Source: Octopus sinensis (taxonomy: Eukaryota). Taken from it: 64,000 nucleotides of DNA. Positions 1 to 12,260 of the stretch are shown in pieces (position 1 is the stretch's first letter; each line of letters opens with the position of its first letter). A program made the translations under genes and the position numbers. The notes beneath the pieces were generated by a model, which ran no database searches, was not told the DNA's origin, and saw only the letters and a program-made list of their open reading frames with translations. The DNA is taken from assembly GCF_006345805.1 (NCBI RefSeq), contig NC_043000.1, positions 138,632,001-138,696,000 on the forward strand. The letters are read 5' to 3'.

Positions 1-214
1 CCATCTACTAAATTCTACTTACAAGGTGTCAGTCAACCTGTGGCTATATAAAAAAAAAATTGCTAGATGTTCCTTGTCATTGGATTGAACTGAGATCACA
101 TGGTTGTAATGCAAAATTAACTACAGAGACTCAACAGCACCTATATACACATGTGTCCGTATATGTGTGTGTGTGTGTATACATGCATACATGCATACAT
201 ATATATATAAAAGC

Positions 215-456
215 TCCAACCGATTGTGACCGATGCCGGACCCCCCCCTACATATATATTGTGCCGGTGGTACGTGAAAAGCACCCACTACACTCGCGGA
301 GTGGTTGGCGTTAGGAAGGGCATCCAGCCGTAGAAACTCTGCCAGATCAGACTGGAGCCTGGAGCAGCCCCTGGCTTCCCAGACCCCGGTCGAACCGTCC
401 AACCCGTGCTAGCATGGAAAACGGACATTAAACGATGATGATGATGATGATGATGA
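215..456 (+). mobile_element. RTE-type LINE 3' tail (family C)
   Basis: gtgccggtggtacgtgaaaagcaccc...gagtggttggcgttaggaagggcatccagc...ggacattaaac(gat)n; the same tail directly follows RTE coding sequence at 7990-8925. Confidence 0.8.
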
Positions 457-481
457 TATATATATATATATATATATGTAT

Positions 482-1034
482 GTGCCCAAAACCAGCAATT
501 TTGTTTGTTAATGAACCCACTGAAATGAAAGTGCTTCATCAGACATCATCAATTTTTGCATAAAATTTGGCTTATTTTGTGCCAATACCTGGATTCTGAC
601 TGTGTATTGGAAACTGTGTTCATAATCCTGGGACTTCAACTGTTGAACCGATTGTATCGCCTTTAGGTCAACATACCTGGATTCTGTTCAATGCTCTCTT
701 GCACTCATTCCCTTGCCTCATTGGCACTGACAGTGTGAAGTCTCCCAGATCATGGGAGCTCACTTACAGCCCATTGTTTTTCAAAATGAAAAAATAAGTT
801 CTTCCTTATGTTTTCACTTGATAGTGCCAATGATATGCTTGCTTTGTTTGAATAATTGACCCTTGATTTTGATAGAACAATTTCACCACTTGAGTGCATT
901 GTGCGGTGCCATATTTTTCCATAATTAATTTTCAGAACCTAGTCCATAAAATGCCTGAAAAGAAAAGAAAAATGTCAAAAAATAAATGAATTATCAAAAA
1001 TTGCAACCACTCAGTGATTTTAGGGCCATCTTGT
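482..1034 (-). mobile_element. Tc1/mariner transposon relic, 5' half (DUF4817/Tc3-like transposase)
   Basis: TIR-like ta|caagatggccctaaaa at 1034; minus-strand fragments KYGTAQCTQVVKLFYQNQGSIIQTKQAY and MSDEA/HFHFSGFINKQNCWFW match the SDEAHFHLxGxVNKQN motif; frameshifted. Confidence 0.75.
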
Positions 1035-1418
1035 ACATACATACATACATACATACATACATGCATACATACATACATACATACATGCATGCATACATAC
1101 ATACATGCATACATACATACATACATACATGCATACATACATACATACATACATGCATGCATGCATGCATGCATGCATGCATGCATACATACATACATAC
1201 ATACATGCATGCATGCATGCATACATACATACATACATACATACATACATACATACATACATACATACATACATACATGCATGCATACATACATACATAC
1301 ATACATACATGCATGCATACATACATACATACATACATACATGCATGCATGCTTGAATACATACATGCATACATACATACATACATACATACATACATAC
1401 ATACATACATACATACAT
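1033..1418. repeat. Compound (TACA)n/(TGCA)n microsatellite
   Basis: Direct reading; explains all YIHT/MYVC ORFs here. Confidence 0.97.
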
Positions 1419-2118
1419 TTGTATGTATATGTACTGTTAACATTAAATTGAGTAGCCTTCTGCAGTGGTTTGCATCTGACAAGCAATTCACACTAAACTC
1501 GGTATGATAATAACCAGAGAACATGGAAAATTATTCATACAAACTTCCTAGAACAGAAACCTTGCTTCTTTCAAGCAAAGATAAAGTACTTAATTTTATG
1601 AAGCGGTAAATTGAATTTCCTTGGAGAGATTGTGTTATGGTTGATGGGCACTATAATCTCCTAACAGTGATTAAAGTGATACTCGAGGCAAAACATTCTT
1701 CTACAGATTGGAAATACTAATATTGATTTTACTTCAATCTTTCATAGTTCAGATTGGAGAACTTATAATTTTTTTCCTGCTAAAGTTACATGCAATTGGT
1801 TCTAAGCTGAATTATCATTTTAAACCTTGAATGGACCGCTGGCAATTTAAAGTGTGCTTGCATGTGGTGCGAATAATTTGGGATACTTGAATTTCCCAGT
1901 GTACATGTAGATAGGCATTCATATGTAGTGAATACAATGCATAATGTATCTATAAATATATATGATTATATATAAAATTATAATTCAGGCTATCTAAGAG
2001 ATACCGCCATGCTGAAAATAGTAGCCAAGATCTGACTCTAAAACCACATTAAATGCCCATACAGCACAAGCAGAGAAGACAAAGAGACAAAATAAAACTG
2101 GTAAAAAATTATTGGATA

Positions 2119-2177
2119 ATTCCAGATCCTGGATTTCTGGCTTTGCATTTAGGAATGCTTTGCCTCATCAGTGGAAT
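2119..2177 (-). ncRNA. Type I hammerhead ribozyme motif (near-canonical)
   Basis: Minus strand: attcca CTGATGA ggc-aaa-gcatt-ccta-aatgc-aaa-gcc a GAAA tcc-a-gga TC tggaat; 6-bp helix I, intact core, AUC cleavage triplet. Confidence 0.8.
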
Positions 2178-2439
2178 ATACACAAAGAGTAACATAAATG
2201 CACACATATACATATATACATACAACATACAAATACTTACATATACGAATGTATACATAAATATATATATGCACGTATGCAAGATGACCAGTTTAAATTG
2301 CCCGCTTCGTAACTCCATCATGCGATATGGTTAAAACATCACCACAGTAAATACAGTGACGAAATAAATTTAAATTTATATAAATACATATGGAGAGAGA
2401 GAGAGAGAGGATGGAGTTTTTCAATGGACATGACATATG

Positions 2440-3370
2440 AGGATTCAGGTTTTAAGTTGAATGACCTGCTCAAATGTATGTACTGCACTCCCTCTGTCAA
2501 TTAGACATTACCTGTGCAGCCAGTACTGGCAGATGGATTTAATAAAGAAAACTCAAAGGTTAAACCAAAATGGAATTTACATATACATACATGCGTACAT
2601 ACATACATGCACGCATGCATCACACTTTGAAGGCTATGTGTTTGCAATTCAGGAACAGGAGATTACCACAAATTACCTGGTGAACCAGCGAGAGAGTGAT
2701 GCTTTTCTAATCCTAAGGTGCAACCACATGTGTAGGCTATGTCATGTTCTGTGGGAGACATTATGTATATGATTAAAAACTGTCCTAACATGTTGTCATG
2801 GTACTACCTCCCTCTGCAGCACGATGATGTTGCTAGAACAATTTACAATGCCATCCACAAAAAAGACTGTCCTGAAATAAACTTAGAAAATCCTTCTGTT
2901 ATAGAATACATTCATAAACACCAACTCAAGGAATACCGGTGGAATATTCCTATCAAATCTTCTGTCAAATTTAAGCATAACAGGCTGTATTGGGACAGAG
3001 GGGTAAAGGTGTGTACCATCATAGAAGACAGCTGTCCTGCAGATATAACTATCTCTTTGAAAATCAAAACAGGACAACTGCTTTGAAACCTCCAGCTTCT
3101 ATATCCAGACTATGAATTCATATTCATACTAATAGTAATTGGATCTCTAGGTTTTGTTAGTAAATGCTTAAAGGAGAATCTGGATAAACTGAGATTTTCA
3201 GAAAGAGAAATCTAACTGGCTTATTCATACATTACAGGTGCAATCTGTGAGTGGAATGGTAAAAATATGTATGACTTTTCTCAAGTACCAAATGTGAATT
3301 TCTCTGTGTTAACTACATTTGTATCTTTGTTGGAAACCAGTTCCCTCCTCAGTGGAAGATTAATAATAAT
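2440..3370 (+). mobile_element. Decayed non-LTR retrotransposon 3' part with zinc knuckle and restriction-like endonuclease (R4/Dong-like)
   Basis: FEGYVFAIQEQEITTNYL, CRLC, YYLPLQHDDVAR (RHD-like), WNIPIK..KHNR..WDR..KVCTIIEDSCPAD, LQLLYPDYEF..IVIGSLG; ends in (TAA)n; stops and frameshifts. Confidence 0.8.
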
Positions 3371-3384
3371 CAAAAAATAGAAGC

Positions 3385-3460
3385 ACCATACATGAATTCT
3401 CATTTGTACCTATCATCAGAGGTGCATTAGTCTGTGTGCCAACAGATTTGCACAAAAGCC
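3385..3460 (+). mobile_element. Second short REL-endonuclease LINE fragment
   Basis: HEFSFVPIIRGALVCVPTDL parallels the YEF..IVIGSLG motif of the upstream element. Confidence 0.45.
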
Positions 3461-3711
3461 AAGCAGTGCAGCATGTCGTTTCCAAATTTCTGGCCGAATG
3501 AATTGCATCATGGTGCTGTTTATCTCACAGACAGTGCCCAACTGATCCTACTATACTGTGTAGTCGACAAAAGCAAAAACAACCAATGCACATGTGCAAA
3601 ATAAAAAGTATAAAATGGTGACAATTTACCCATCACACCATATATATATATATATACATATATAAAATTAGGGATGACTATCTACTTTTGTAATGTTTGT
3701 GTATATGTATA

Positions 3712-4115
3712 GGTGCAGGAGTGGCCGTGTGGTAAGTAGCTTGTTTACCAACCACATGGTTCCGGGTTCAGTCCTACTGCGTGGCACCTTGGGCAAGTGT
3801 CTTCTACTATAGCCTCAGGCCGACCAAAGCCTTGTGAGTGGATTTGGTAGACAGAAACTGAAAGAAGCCCGTCGTGTATATGTATATATATATATGCGTG
3901 TGTGTGTTTGTGTCTGTGTTTGTCCCCCTAGCATTGCTTGACAACCGATGCTGGTGTGTTTATGTCCCTGTTACTTCGCGGTTCGGCAAAAGAGACCGAT
4001 AGAATAAGTACTGGGCTTACAAAAGAATAAGTCCCGGGGTCGAGTTGCTCGATTAAAAGGCGGTGCTCCAGCATGGCCGCAGTCAAATGACTGAAACAAG
4101 TAAAAGAGTAAAAGA
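3712..4115 (+). mobile_element. tRNA-derived SINE family A, full length
   Basis: Box A/B-like head (gtggccgtgtggtaag...ggttcagtcc), ccttgggcaagtg core, internal (TA)n(TG)n, (gtaaaaga)n tail; more than 15 copies in window. Confidence 0.9.
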
Positions 4116-5924
4116 GAGAGAGAGTATGTTGTACATGTGTGCATGTATATTTGTGTGTGTGGATAAATACACATACACACACATGCACACACGCCCACAC
4201 ACGCATAGTTTAATTATGTGAATGTATTTGCAAATTGGGAACAAAAATTCCATGTTAGTATCTTTAATTCGTTAACTGTTGCTGACAATGATATGCACCT
4301 GAATATAATTGATACTTGTTGCCCAAAATAATTTTCCATCAGTAATTGTAAGTAATTCTCTCTCTCACTTTCTGTCTGTCTGTCTCTCTCTCTGTCTATC
4401 TGTCTAGCTTTCTAGCTAGCTATCAGTCTATCTGTTTGTCTGCCTGTCTCTTTATCCGTCTTATTGCTTGTCTGTCTGTCTGTCTGTCTGTCTGACTTCT
4501 TTCACTCCCACTTGAATATGTAAGTAAACACTTTGTGTTGCCAATAATCAACTGCAGCTACCCATGTTGTTTTAGAGTTCATATTGATGACAGGACCTAG
4601 CTATTATTATTATTACTATGGCTGGGTTCCAATCTAGGCCACAGCAACAAAGTCCACTCACCACAATTCTTGGTCCAACATCATTACCTCAAGGTTTTGG
4701 ATACATTCCAGGCCAGCGTCTGCAGTCAAGTTGTCAACGTAAACATGACAACATTTTCTTCTTCTTACATCACCATGAAGTGGGTTCCACAAGTCTAAAT
4801 TGGCTGCTTCCAGTACAGGGTGGCACACACAGTGACCAGATAGTCACAGCCATCTTTCCCTAATCTCCTTGCTAACTTTCTGTAAGACTCCATAAAAGTA
4901 TTCCTTTGTCATATGTTGCTGGCATTTCACATTTAGAGCCATTTGTAGCATCCTTGTGTAGCATCCCTCTAGCCTGTTTGATAATTTCTTTGCCAGTCTA
5001 TTGCAAAGCAACTAAACAGCATACTCAAATACATCCAATTTCGAAGAGAATCTAATTCCATCAATTTTAAATTCGAAAATACTTAACTAGGGCACTATTA
5101 ATTGACCTGTAGACTATAAAAGTTAACTTTAAGAGAATATATACCAATTGGTGACAGAATCAAAAAGCTTTCTATGATATATCTTTGTGTGTATCCGTGT
5201 TGTGTGTGTGCTACTTCAACTCATTTCAAATTTAGATACCACTTACATATGACAACTTTCTGGATACAAATATTGACACATCATAGTCTAAATTCTCATG
5301 GGATTCTGAAAAGAAAAATATCTGTTAGAATTTTATATACACAAACAGGCATATGTGCACTTGTGGTTTTGTGTCTGTAATGTTATGAATGTCAATACAT
5401 GTAATTGAATCTTAAAATATTCAAAACATTAATTGTGGGAGCACTCAACATATTTAAGAAGATCCCATATATTTTATCATAATGACATATTTCAAAGTGA
5501 CAATAATACCTGAATCAAAGACCATTGTCGAGTCTTTGTAACATCAGCTGAAGTCTAATTAGCTCCAATGCATTTTAGATCTGCAAAGGTCTGTTGTAAT
5601 GAATTTGTTGACGTTATCTCTTTGCAAATCATTATTTTGTGCAGACTTCCATATTTTTTTTTTTCACAAACACCTATTAAAACCACTCCCACACAACTAG
5701 AGTCAACCATTCAAACACAGAGCCAGATATTTCTTCTATAGCTAATTTGATGGTAATATGTCATGCTACTACAATTTGATAACCTTAGAAGCACTTACTT
5801 TCTGAATGTCATTTTCATGGTGGGAGTGAGCTAATGTATGACACAACCATTTGATAGCTATAAACAAACGATTTCTGCAGGCTGTTAAACAAGAAATTGC
5901 AGAGCCTTCATTTGTCATATATAT

Positions 5925-6400
5925 CATCATCATCATCATCATCATCGTCGTCGTCATCGTCGTCGTCATCGACAATTTGACTGAGGTCTGGCGAACCAGA
6001 TGGCTGCACCACACTCCAATCTGATCTGGCAGAGTTTCTACAACTGGATGCCCTTCCTAATGTCAACCACTCCAAGTGTGTAGTGGGTGCTTTTACGTGC
6101 CACCTGCACAGGAGCCAGTCAGGCGGTACTGGTAACGGCCATGCTCAAATGGTGCTTTTTATGTGCCACTCGCACAGGAACCAGTCCTGTGGTACTGGCA
6201 ACGACCTCGCTCAAATGTTTTTTTTTCCCGTGCCACCAACACAAGTGCCAGTAAGGCGACGTGGATAACAATCACGCTCAAATGGTGTCTTTTACGTGTC
6301 ATCGGCACAGAGGCTAGCTTGTTGCTCTGGCAACGATCTCACTCATATAGTAATCTTAGCAATCCACTAGCACGGATGCCAGTCATCGATTTCGATTGTA
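5925..6400 (-). mobile_element. RTE 3' tail (family C) with gtgcc-ggt-ggcac subrepeats
   Basis: Reverse complement of family C tail, (CAT)n start. Confidence 0.8.
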
Positions 6401-6834
6401 TATATATATATATATATACACATGTATGATGTATGTATGTTATGGTGTATGCTATTAAGAATGTTGTAGAGTACAGTATAAAGCTAATCTCATCTACCTT
6501 CAGATTTTACCCTGTGCTATTCAGTAGTAGTATTATATGTACTCCCAGGCTTGTGTTTGGACATCTGTCAACTAAATTCAGGACATGACAGACAGAGAGA
6601 ATGCTCTTGAAGCTGAGACTTTGAACTTACAGAGACAATATTTACATGCCGCATGAGAAAACACAACTAAATCTCATAATGCAGGGAAACGGTTACATAA
6701 TCAAGTACCTGCTTGCCTGGAGAACTATGTTGTGTAGAAACTAACGTAGTGATTGAAAAATAAATGTCCAACTGTACTCCTTGTTGACTCCAAATTTTTA
6801 AAATTATGTATGTTTATATATATATATATACAGG

Positions 6835-7580
6835 AAATTGTTTCTCAAATGCCCTGGTGGCTCATAAGAGGTAGTAGATAATTTCTGCTACCTGGGGGAC
6901 CAAATTAGTTAAGGGACAGAATGTACAGAGAATGCAATAGCTAAAGTAAGAATAGGATTGAAGAAATTCAGAGAAATTTTACCTTTGTTGATTATGAAAG
7001 TTTTCTCTCTCCAAGTGAAAGCAAGATTGTATGATACATGTATACAGAAAGAAATCTTACTTGAAAAAGAGATGAGGGCACTGAATGCAGAAAAAATACA
7101 AAGGTTAGAGAGGAATGAGGCTAGAATGCTCAGCTGAATGTGTAATGTAAGTGTACATGTTTGAGAGAGTGCTAATGCATTGATAAAGATGATAGGCATA
7201 AGAGGAATTAGATGCAGTGTGCATGAGAGAAAACTACACTGCTTTGGTCATATGATGCAGGTGGATGCTGACAGCTCCATAAAGAAGTACCAATCTCTCA
7301 AAGTAGATGGAACACATAGAAGAGGCAAACCCAGGAAGATATGGGAGGAAGTACTGAGGGACGACCTCAGGATGCTGAAAATTTCAGATGAGATAACAAA
7401 GGACAAATTATCTGGTACTTTGTTGTACGCAAGAAGACCTATACTCCACAGCAGAAGTGTAAATCCACTGCCCCTGGGGAAGGAGAATAGCCTGGAAGAG
7501 TAGTGCCATGCCAAATCAGAATGGAGCCAGCTCTAGTCAAACTATCCAAACCATGTCAGCATGGGTAATGGTCATTAAAT
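6835..7580 (+). mobile_element. Decayed RTE LINE, RT C-terminal region
   Basis: EVVDNFCYLGDQI, KFREILPLL, VKARLYDTCI, RLERNEARML, GIRGIRCSVHERKLHCFGHMM, RRGKPRKIWEEV; stops present. Confidence 0.85.
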
Positions 7581-7639
7581 ATATATATATATATACAAAC
7601 ACATGCATACATACATGCATACATGCATACATTTATATA

Positions 7640-7985
7640 TCATCATCATCATTTAACGTCTGTTGTCCTTGCTGGTATGGGCTGGATGGTTTGACAGTAC
7701 TGGCATGCTAGAAGGCTGCACCACACTCCATTCTCATCTGGCATGGTTTTATATGGATGCCCTTCTTCACTTCAACTACTCTGCTTTTATGTGCCATTTG
7801 CATGACACAAGGGTGTGTTTACATGCCACCACCATGGGTGCCAATTTGCATAAGACTGGTAACTGCCATGACTGTGATTTTGCTTGGCTTGATGGGTCTT
7901 CTTTTCAAAGGTCTTAGTCATTGCCTCCACGAGGCCCAACACTCGAAAGGAACTCAGACACTTTGTCTCTGTGAGACCAAATGCT
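7640..7985 (-). mobile_element. Diverged RTE tail fragment (family C)
   Basis: catcatcatttaacgtc...ggatgcccttc...gaggcccaacactcgaaagg. Confidence 0.65.
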
Positions 7986-7989
7986 GAAT

Positions 7990-8925
7990 TGTGCATACAC
8001 GACAGAGTGTAAGCACCCTGAGAGAAATATTGGACATAAGAAGCATCAAATGTGGTGTGCAAGAGAGATGACTGCGCTGGTATGGTCATGTACTGTGTAT
8101 GGATGAGGAGAACTGTGTGAAAAGTGTCACACACTAACAGTGGAAGGAACCCATGGAAGAGGGAGATCCAGGAAGGCATAAGGTGGTGAAGCACGACCTT
8201 CAAACGTTGGGCCTCACAGAGGCAATGACAAGAGACCCAGACTTTTGGAGATATGCTGTGATTGAGAAGACCCACAAGTATAGTGAGATCACAGCCATGG
8301 CTGATACCAGTGTTGCATAACCAGCTCATTTCAAAATACCCTTCAATCATCAGGTGATATACTGTGCTAGAGAAGACTTATTGAGTCAAAGGAAATTGAA
8401 TCGTGGCCAATGATTCGGCAAGTAAAGTGAGATTACAGCTGTGGTTGATACCAGCGTTGCACAACCAGCCCACTAAAAGTACCCTTGAATCATCAGGCAA
8501 TACACTGTGCTTGAGAAGACCTATTGAATCAAGTAAAATCAAAATCAAAATGGAAATCGTAGTTGTGGCCGATGCCGGTGCTGCCTGGCTGGCACCTGTG
8601 CTGGTGACATGTAATAAGCACCATTCAAGCATGGTTCAATGCCAGTGCTGCCTGACTGGTTTCCCATGCCAGTAGCATGTAAAAAGTACCATCCAGACGT
8701 GGTCGATGCCAGTGACCCCCCGACTGGCTTCTGTGCCAGTTGCACTTAAAATGCACCATCTGATTGTGCCATCTAGAGTGGTTGGCGTTAGGAAGGGCAT
8801 CCAGCTGTAGAAACCTTGCCAGATCAGATTGGAGCTTGGTGCAGCCTACTGGCTTGCCAGTTCTCAGTCAAACCGTCCAACACATGCCAGCATGGGAAAT
8901 GGACGTTAAGCAATGATGATGATAT
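7990..8925 (+). mobile_element. 5'-truncated RTE LINE: ORF end plus full 3' UTR
   Basis: LRWYGHVLCMDEENCV..RGRSRK coding end, then subrepeated UTR and the family C terminus with (GAT)n. Confidence 0.85.
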
Positions 8926-9599
8926 ATAAGAACGTATGTATATACATATTTACAAACCTACATACACACCAATGGACACATACATTAATACAAACATATA
9001 TATATAAAACAACTTAATAACACTGTAGTCATTCAATCACAACAAACAGAATATACAAACACACATAAATATATGTATATTTGCACGTAGCATATAAAAA
9101 GAATAGGAGAAAAATTACTCAATGTATGGTATAGGCTTTACTAGTATTTATTGAGGTGATGTTGTTTCACAATAATGTATGAGTTATATGAATTCTCAAT
9201 CCATCAAGTTGACATTATTGGCCTATAAGGAAAAATGCTTTAATCTAAGACAGCACCACCACTAACTCTTTCACTGATTAAGACAGGCCAAACAGGCTAA
9301 ACTTAAAGATAAAAAATTAATTAATGAAAATGTTTCCACGAAAATTCACAGAATGATATACATTTTTTTTTTAATATTAGGAGACAACTATTTCAAATTT
9401 TCCACACAATAGTAAGTCTTGACATATATCTTAAATTTTAGCCTGATATTTCCCTTCTATTTCTTAATATGCCATATATCAGCTGGGTTCCACTAGTTTG
9501 GGAAAAAAATTCCAGTGTGACTGAAGATGGTTGAAAGCTTGAAATTTGTTTTACTTTGCATGAAGGCAATAGTAATAATCTTGTCACTTATATTTAATA

Positions 9600-10400
9600 T
9601 ATTATTTGTCCAGGTCAAAATATTAAGTTTTCAAGCTGCACTTTACTGAGAATATTACTGTGGCTTTTATATGCCTTTGTCTTTTATTGTTGCCTATGAT
9701 ATTTCGTTTAATTGCATTTGCCTTTCATTGTAGTGTCAGGAAATTTGCTATCCTCAGGTTTGCATTTTTTGAACCTTTAAATCAAATTCCTTCAAAATGG
9801 AAATTAATGTCCTTTAACCGTAAATGTTATGCCCATTTGCTGTTGGATATGGTGAGTCATTAATTTCTGAGCCATCCTACCCTAATGGATCTTGTTTTAT
9901 TTTTCATGTGTGTAGGATGTTCAAAATCTATGCTCCCTTATTTTTGAAAGTTCTTTTACATTTTTTTTAACCCAAGGGCAATTTTCATAAAATAATAATG
10001 ACTTTCATGCATTCATTATAATGTTAATATCGGTCTTGGTTGTGGTGGTGCATATTTTACCAATTTATAGAGCTTTCACATGAAGCCCTTTATAATGGAA
10101 GAGTCTTCTACAAGATTAATTTTGGTGAATCTGCCTTGAATTTAGCTCTGATGCTGTTAACATAGTTGGTAATGACAGTGCTGGATTTCCAATGTGCCTG
10201 ACTTTTGTGCTTATAGAAGTTAAAATACAATTGCTGATTATCTCCAGTTTGGTCTCTGGTGAGTCTATGTCTTAGATTATCTGTAATGGTCTTTGTAATC
10301 CTTTAATTTTGTGTGTAGTCTACACAGGTTGATGCGATTTCCAGAATGTGCTATGTTTAAGAGTGTTGCTAGGTCTTTCAATTTTGAACTTTTTTACATT
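9600..10400 (-). pseudogene. Possible highly decayed Penelope-like RT/GIY-YIG region
   Basis: Minus-strand scraps LYFNFYKH..HWKSS and KRTFK..REH resemble PLE motifs; lies next to a hammerhead-bearing element; weak. Confidence 0.3.
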
Positions 10401-10484
10401 CTAATCTAATATTATCTGTTGAACCTAAGGCTAAGCATTTAAAAGAAATTATGTACACCCAGTGTGAAGGCTATAAAGTTAATC

Positions 10485-10680
10485 CAAACAAGAAAGCACA
10501 AAAAAACACAACAACGCGAGGACGTGGAACAAATATAGTATTATTGGACGCTCAGGAAAGAAGGAAAGAAAGAGGGTTTAACGTTTTGAGCGGAGCTCTT
10601 CGTCAGTAACATAGGAGGACAGATCCAGAGAAGGGAAGACAGAGGAAAAAAAAATCGCCAACGGTACACACGCGGTCACA
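10485..10680 (-). mobile_element. Penelope-like short element with minimal hammerhead motif (10576-10610)
   Basis: Minus: gtta CTGACGA a gagc tcc gctc AAAA cg TT aaac, then cgtccaataa and a T-rich tail; G12 is mutated. Confidence 0.7.
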
Positions 10681-11595
10681 TCATGAAAAATACATCTGGA
10701 TATATAAACACAAATGAAATACTTTGGGAATAAAACACAAGATAAAAATCAATGTGTTTCTTACTTTCCTTGGTTGTACTGGATTCACAGATTCCCATAA
10801 CTCTGTCATCAGATAATTCTATTATTATGCATTTGAATTGGGTGCTTGAGTCACAGTGAAGAATTTCATTGGATGATTACACAACCATGGACGTCAGTCT
10901 TAGAGATGTGCTGATAGAGGTTGGTGGTCATGGCTGTTGATCTTCTAGGATTCCTCCACACCATTGACTCAGTTGGGCTCTGCTACCTCTTCACAGACCA
11001 TCATCGTAGTATCCCTGGTAGGGTGGCTGAAAGGCAACTCATAACTATGCAGAGCATGGTTGTCACTCCTTGAGGAATTTTCAAAATACCTACAGACTCA
11101 AGTATGTTTATAAACTTTATTAATTACGACTTTTCCTAATTATAATGATAGTGTTGCTAAAGATTTGGTAAGCCATTAATTAATTATATTGTAGATAATT
11201 GGATGATGCCTAATACCTTTCTTCAAGTTTCATGAATTCTTGAGCTACATAATCGATTTGTAATGAAAAATATATTCCAACCCAAGATACTGGACTATAC
11301 AAATTCAGTGTTTAACACAGACCAAGTGTGCCAAGTGTGTCATACGAAATGGGATAATTCACAGCTGAAAAAAAAAAGCATTTTTACAGAAGCCCATTTT
11401 TCCAAGTAGGAAAAGTTAAAATCATTTTATTAAATGCCTTGCTACCTAATGTATCATCTGCAGGTTCAATTGGTCTGAAATTTTGAAATTACATGTGACA
11501 TATGTAGTCTATGTTAAGCGATAAAACATTGTGATTCTTGATATTTTTTACCCTAAACAATCTTAGAAATTAGCAAGCAAATATTGAATTTATAT

Positions 11596-11633
<38 letters not shown>

Positions 11634-11955
11634 TTAACGTCCACTTTCCATGCCAGCATGGGTTGGACAATTTGACTGAGGACTGGTGAACCAGATGGCT
11701 GCACCAGGCTCCAGTCTTGACCTGGCAGAGTTTCTACAGCTGGATGCCCTTCCTGATGCCAACCACTCCGAGAGTGTAGTGGGTGCTTTTACGTGCCACC
11801 AGCACGAGGGCCAGTCAGGTGGTACTGACAACGGCCATGCTCAAATGGTGTTTTTACTTGCCACCTGCACAGGAGCCAGTCCAGTGGCACTGGCAACGAC
11901 CTCGCTTGAATGTTTTTTCATGTGCCACCATCACAAGTGCCAATAAGGCAATGCA
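11596..11955 (-). mobile_element. RTE 3' tail (family C)
   Basis: (CAT)n then ttaacgtccactttccatgccagcatggg...ggatgcccttcct. Confidence 0.85.
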
Positions 11956-12059
11956 CACACACACATACACACACACACACACACACACGCACATATATAT
12001 GTGTGTGTGTTTGTATTTCTGTATGTGTGAATATCATGAATACTCACATGATTTCATTC

Positions 12060-12260
12060 CTTACAGGTACAACGCCAGAAACTGTAGAGAAAACATCGAT
12101 TGTATTGGCTCCAGTATTTTAATGGTACTTTATTTTAACTACCTCAGAAAGATGAAAGTTGAAGTTGACCTCAACAAGATTTGAACTCAGAACACAAAAT
12201 ACCAAAATTAAAATCGCAAGATGTTTTGCTTAATGCTCTAACTACTCTGCCTATCCATCG
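12060..12260 (-). mobile_element. Diverged SINE family B
   Basis: ggtacttt..tttaactacctcagaaagatgaaag..gttgacctc..gatttgaactcagaac. Confidence 0.6.

Noticed and set aside
500-545. Minus-strand CTGATGA near 540 as a hammerhead core
   Set aside because: No GAAA or closing helix; it encodes the SDE motif of the transposase
932-1524. Long ORFs of MYVC/YIHT repeats (also 20024-20448, 24953-27072, 37491-41332)
   Set aside because: Stop-free translation of (TACA)n and (TA)n microsatellites; open on both strands with no domain content
3712-3790. SINE heads as tRNA genes
   Set aside because: Box A/B-like motifs only, no complete cloverleaf, and always fused to SINE bodies
9515-9560. CTGAAGA...GAAA as a hammerhead
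   Set aside because: No convincing helix I, II or III pairing
10770-10820. Minus-strand CTGATGA-caga...tctg as a hammerhead
   Set aside because: Followed by tGAAT rather than GAAA, with no helix I or III
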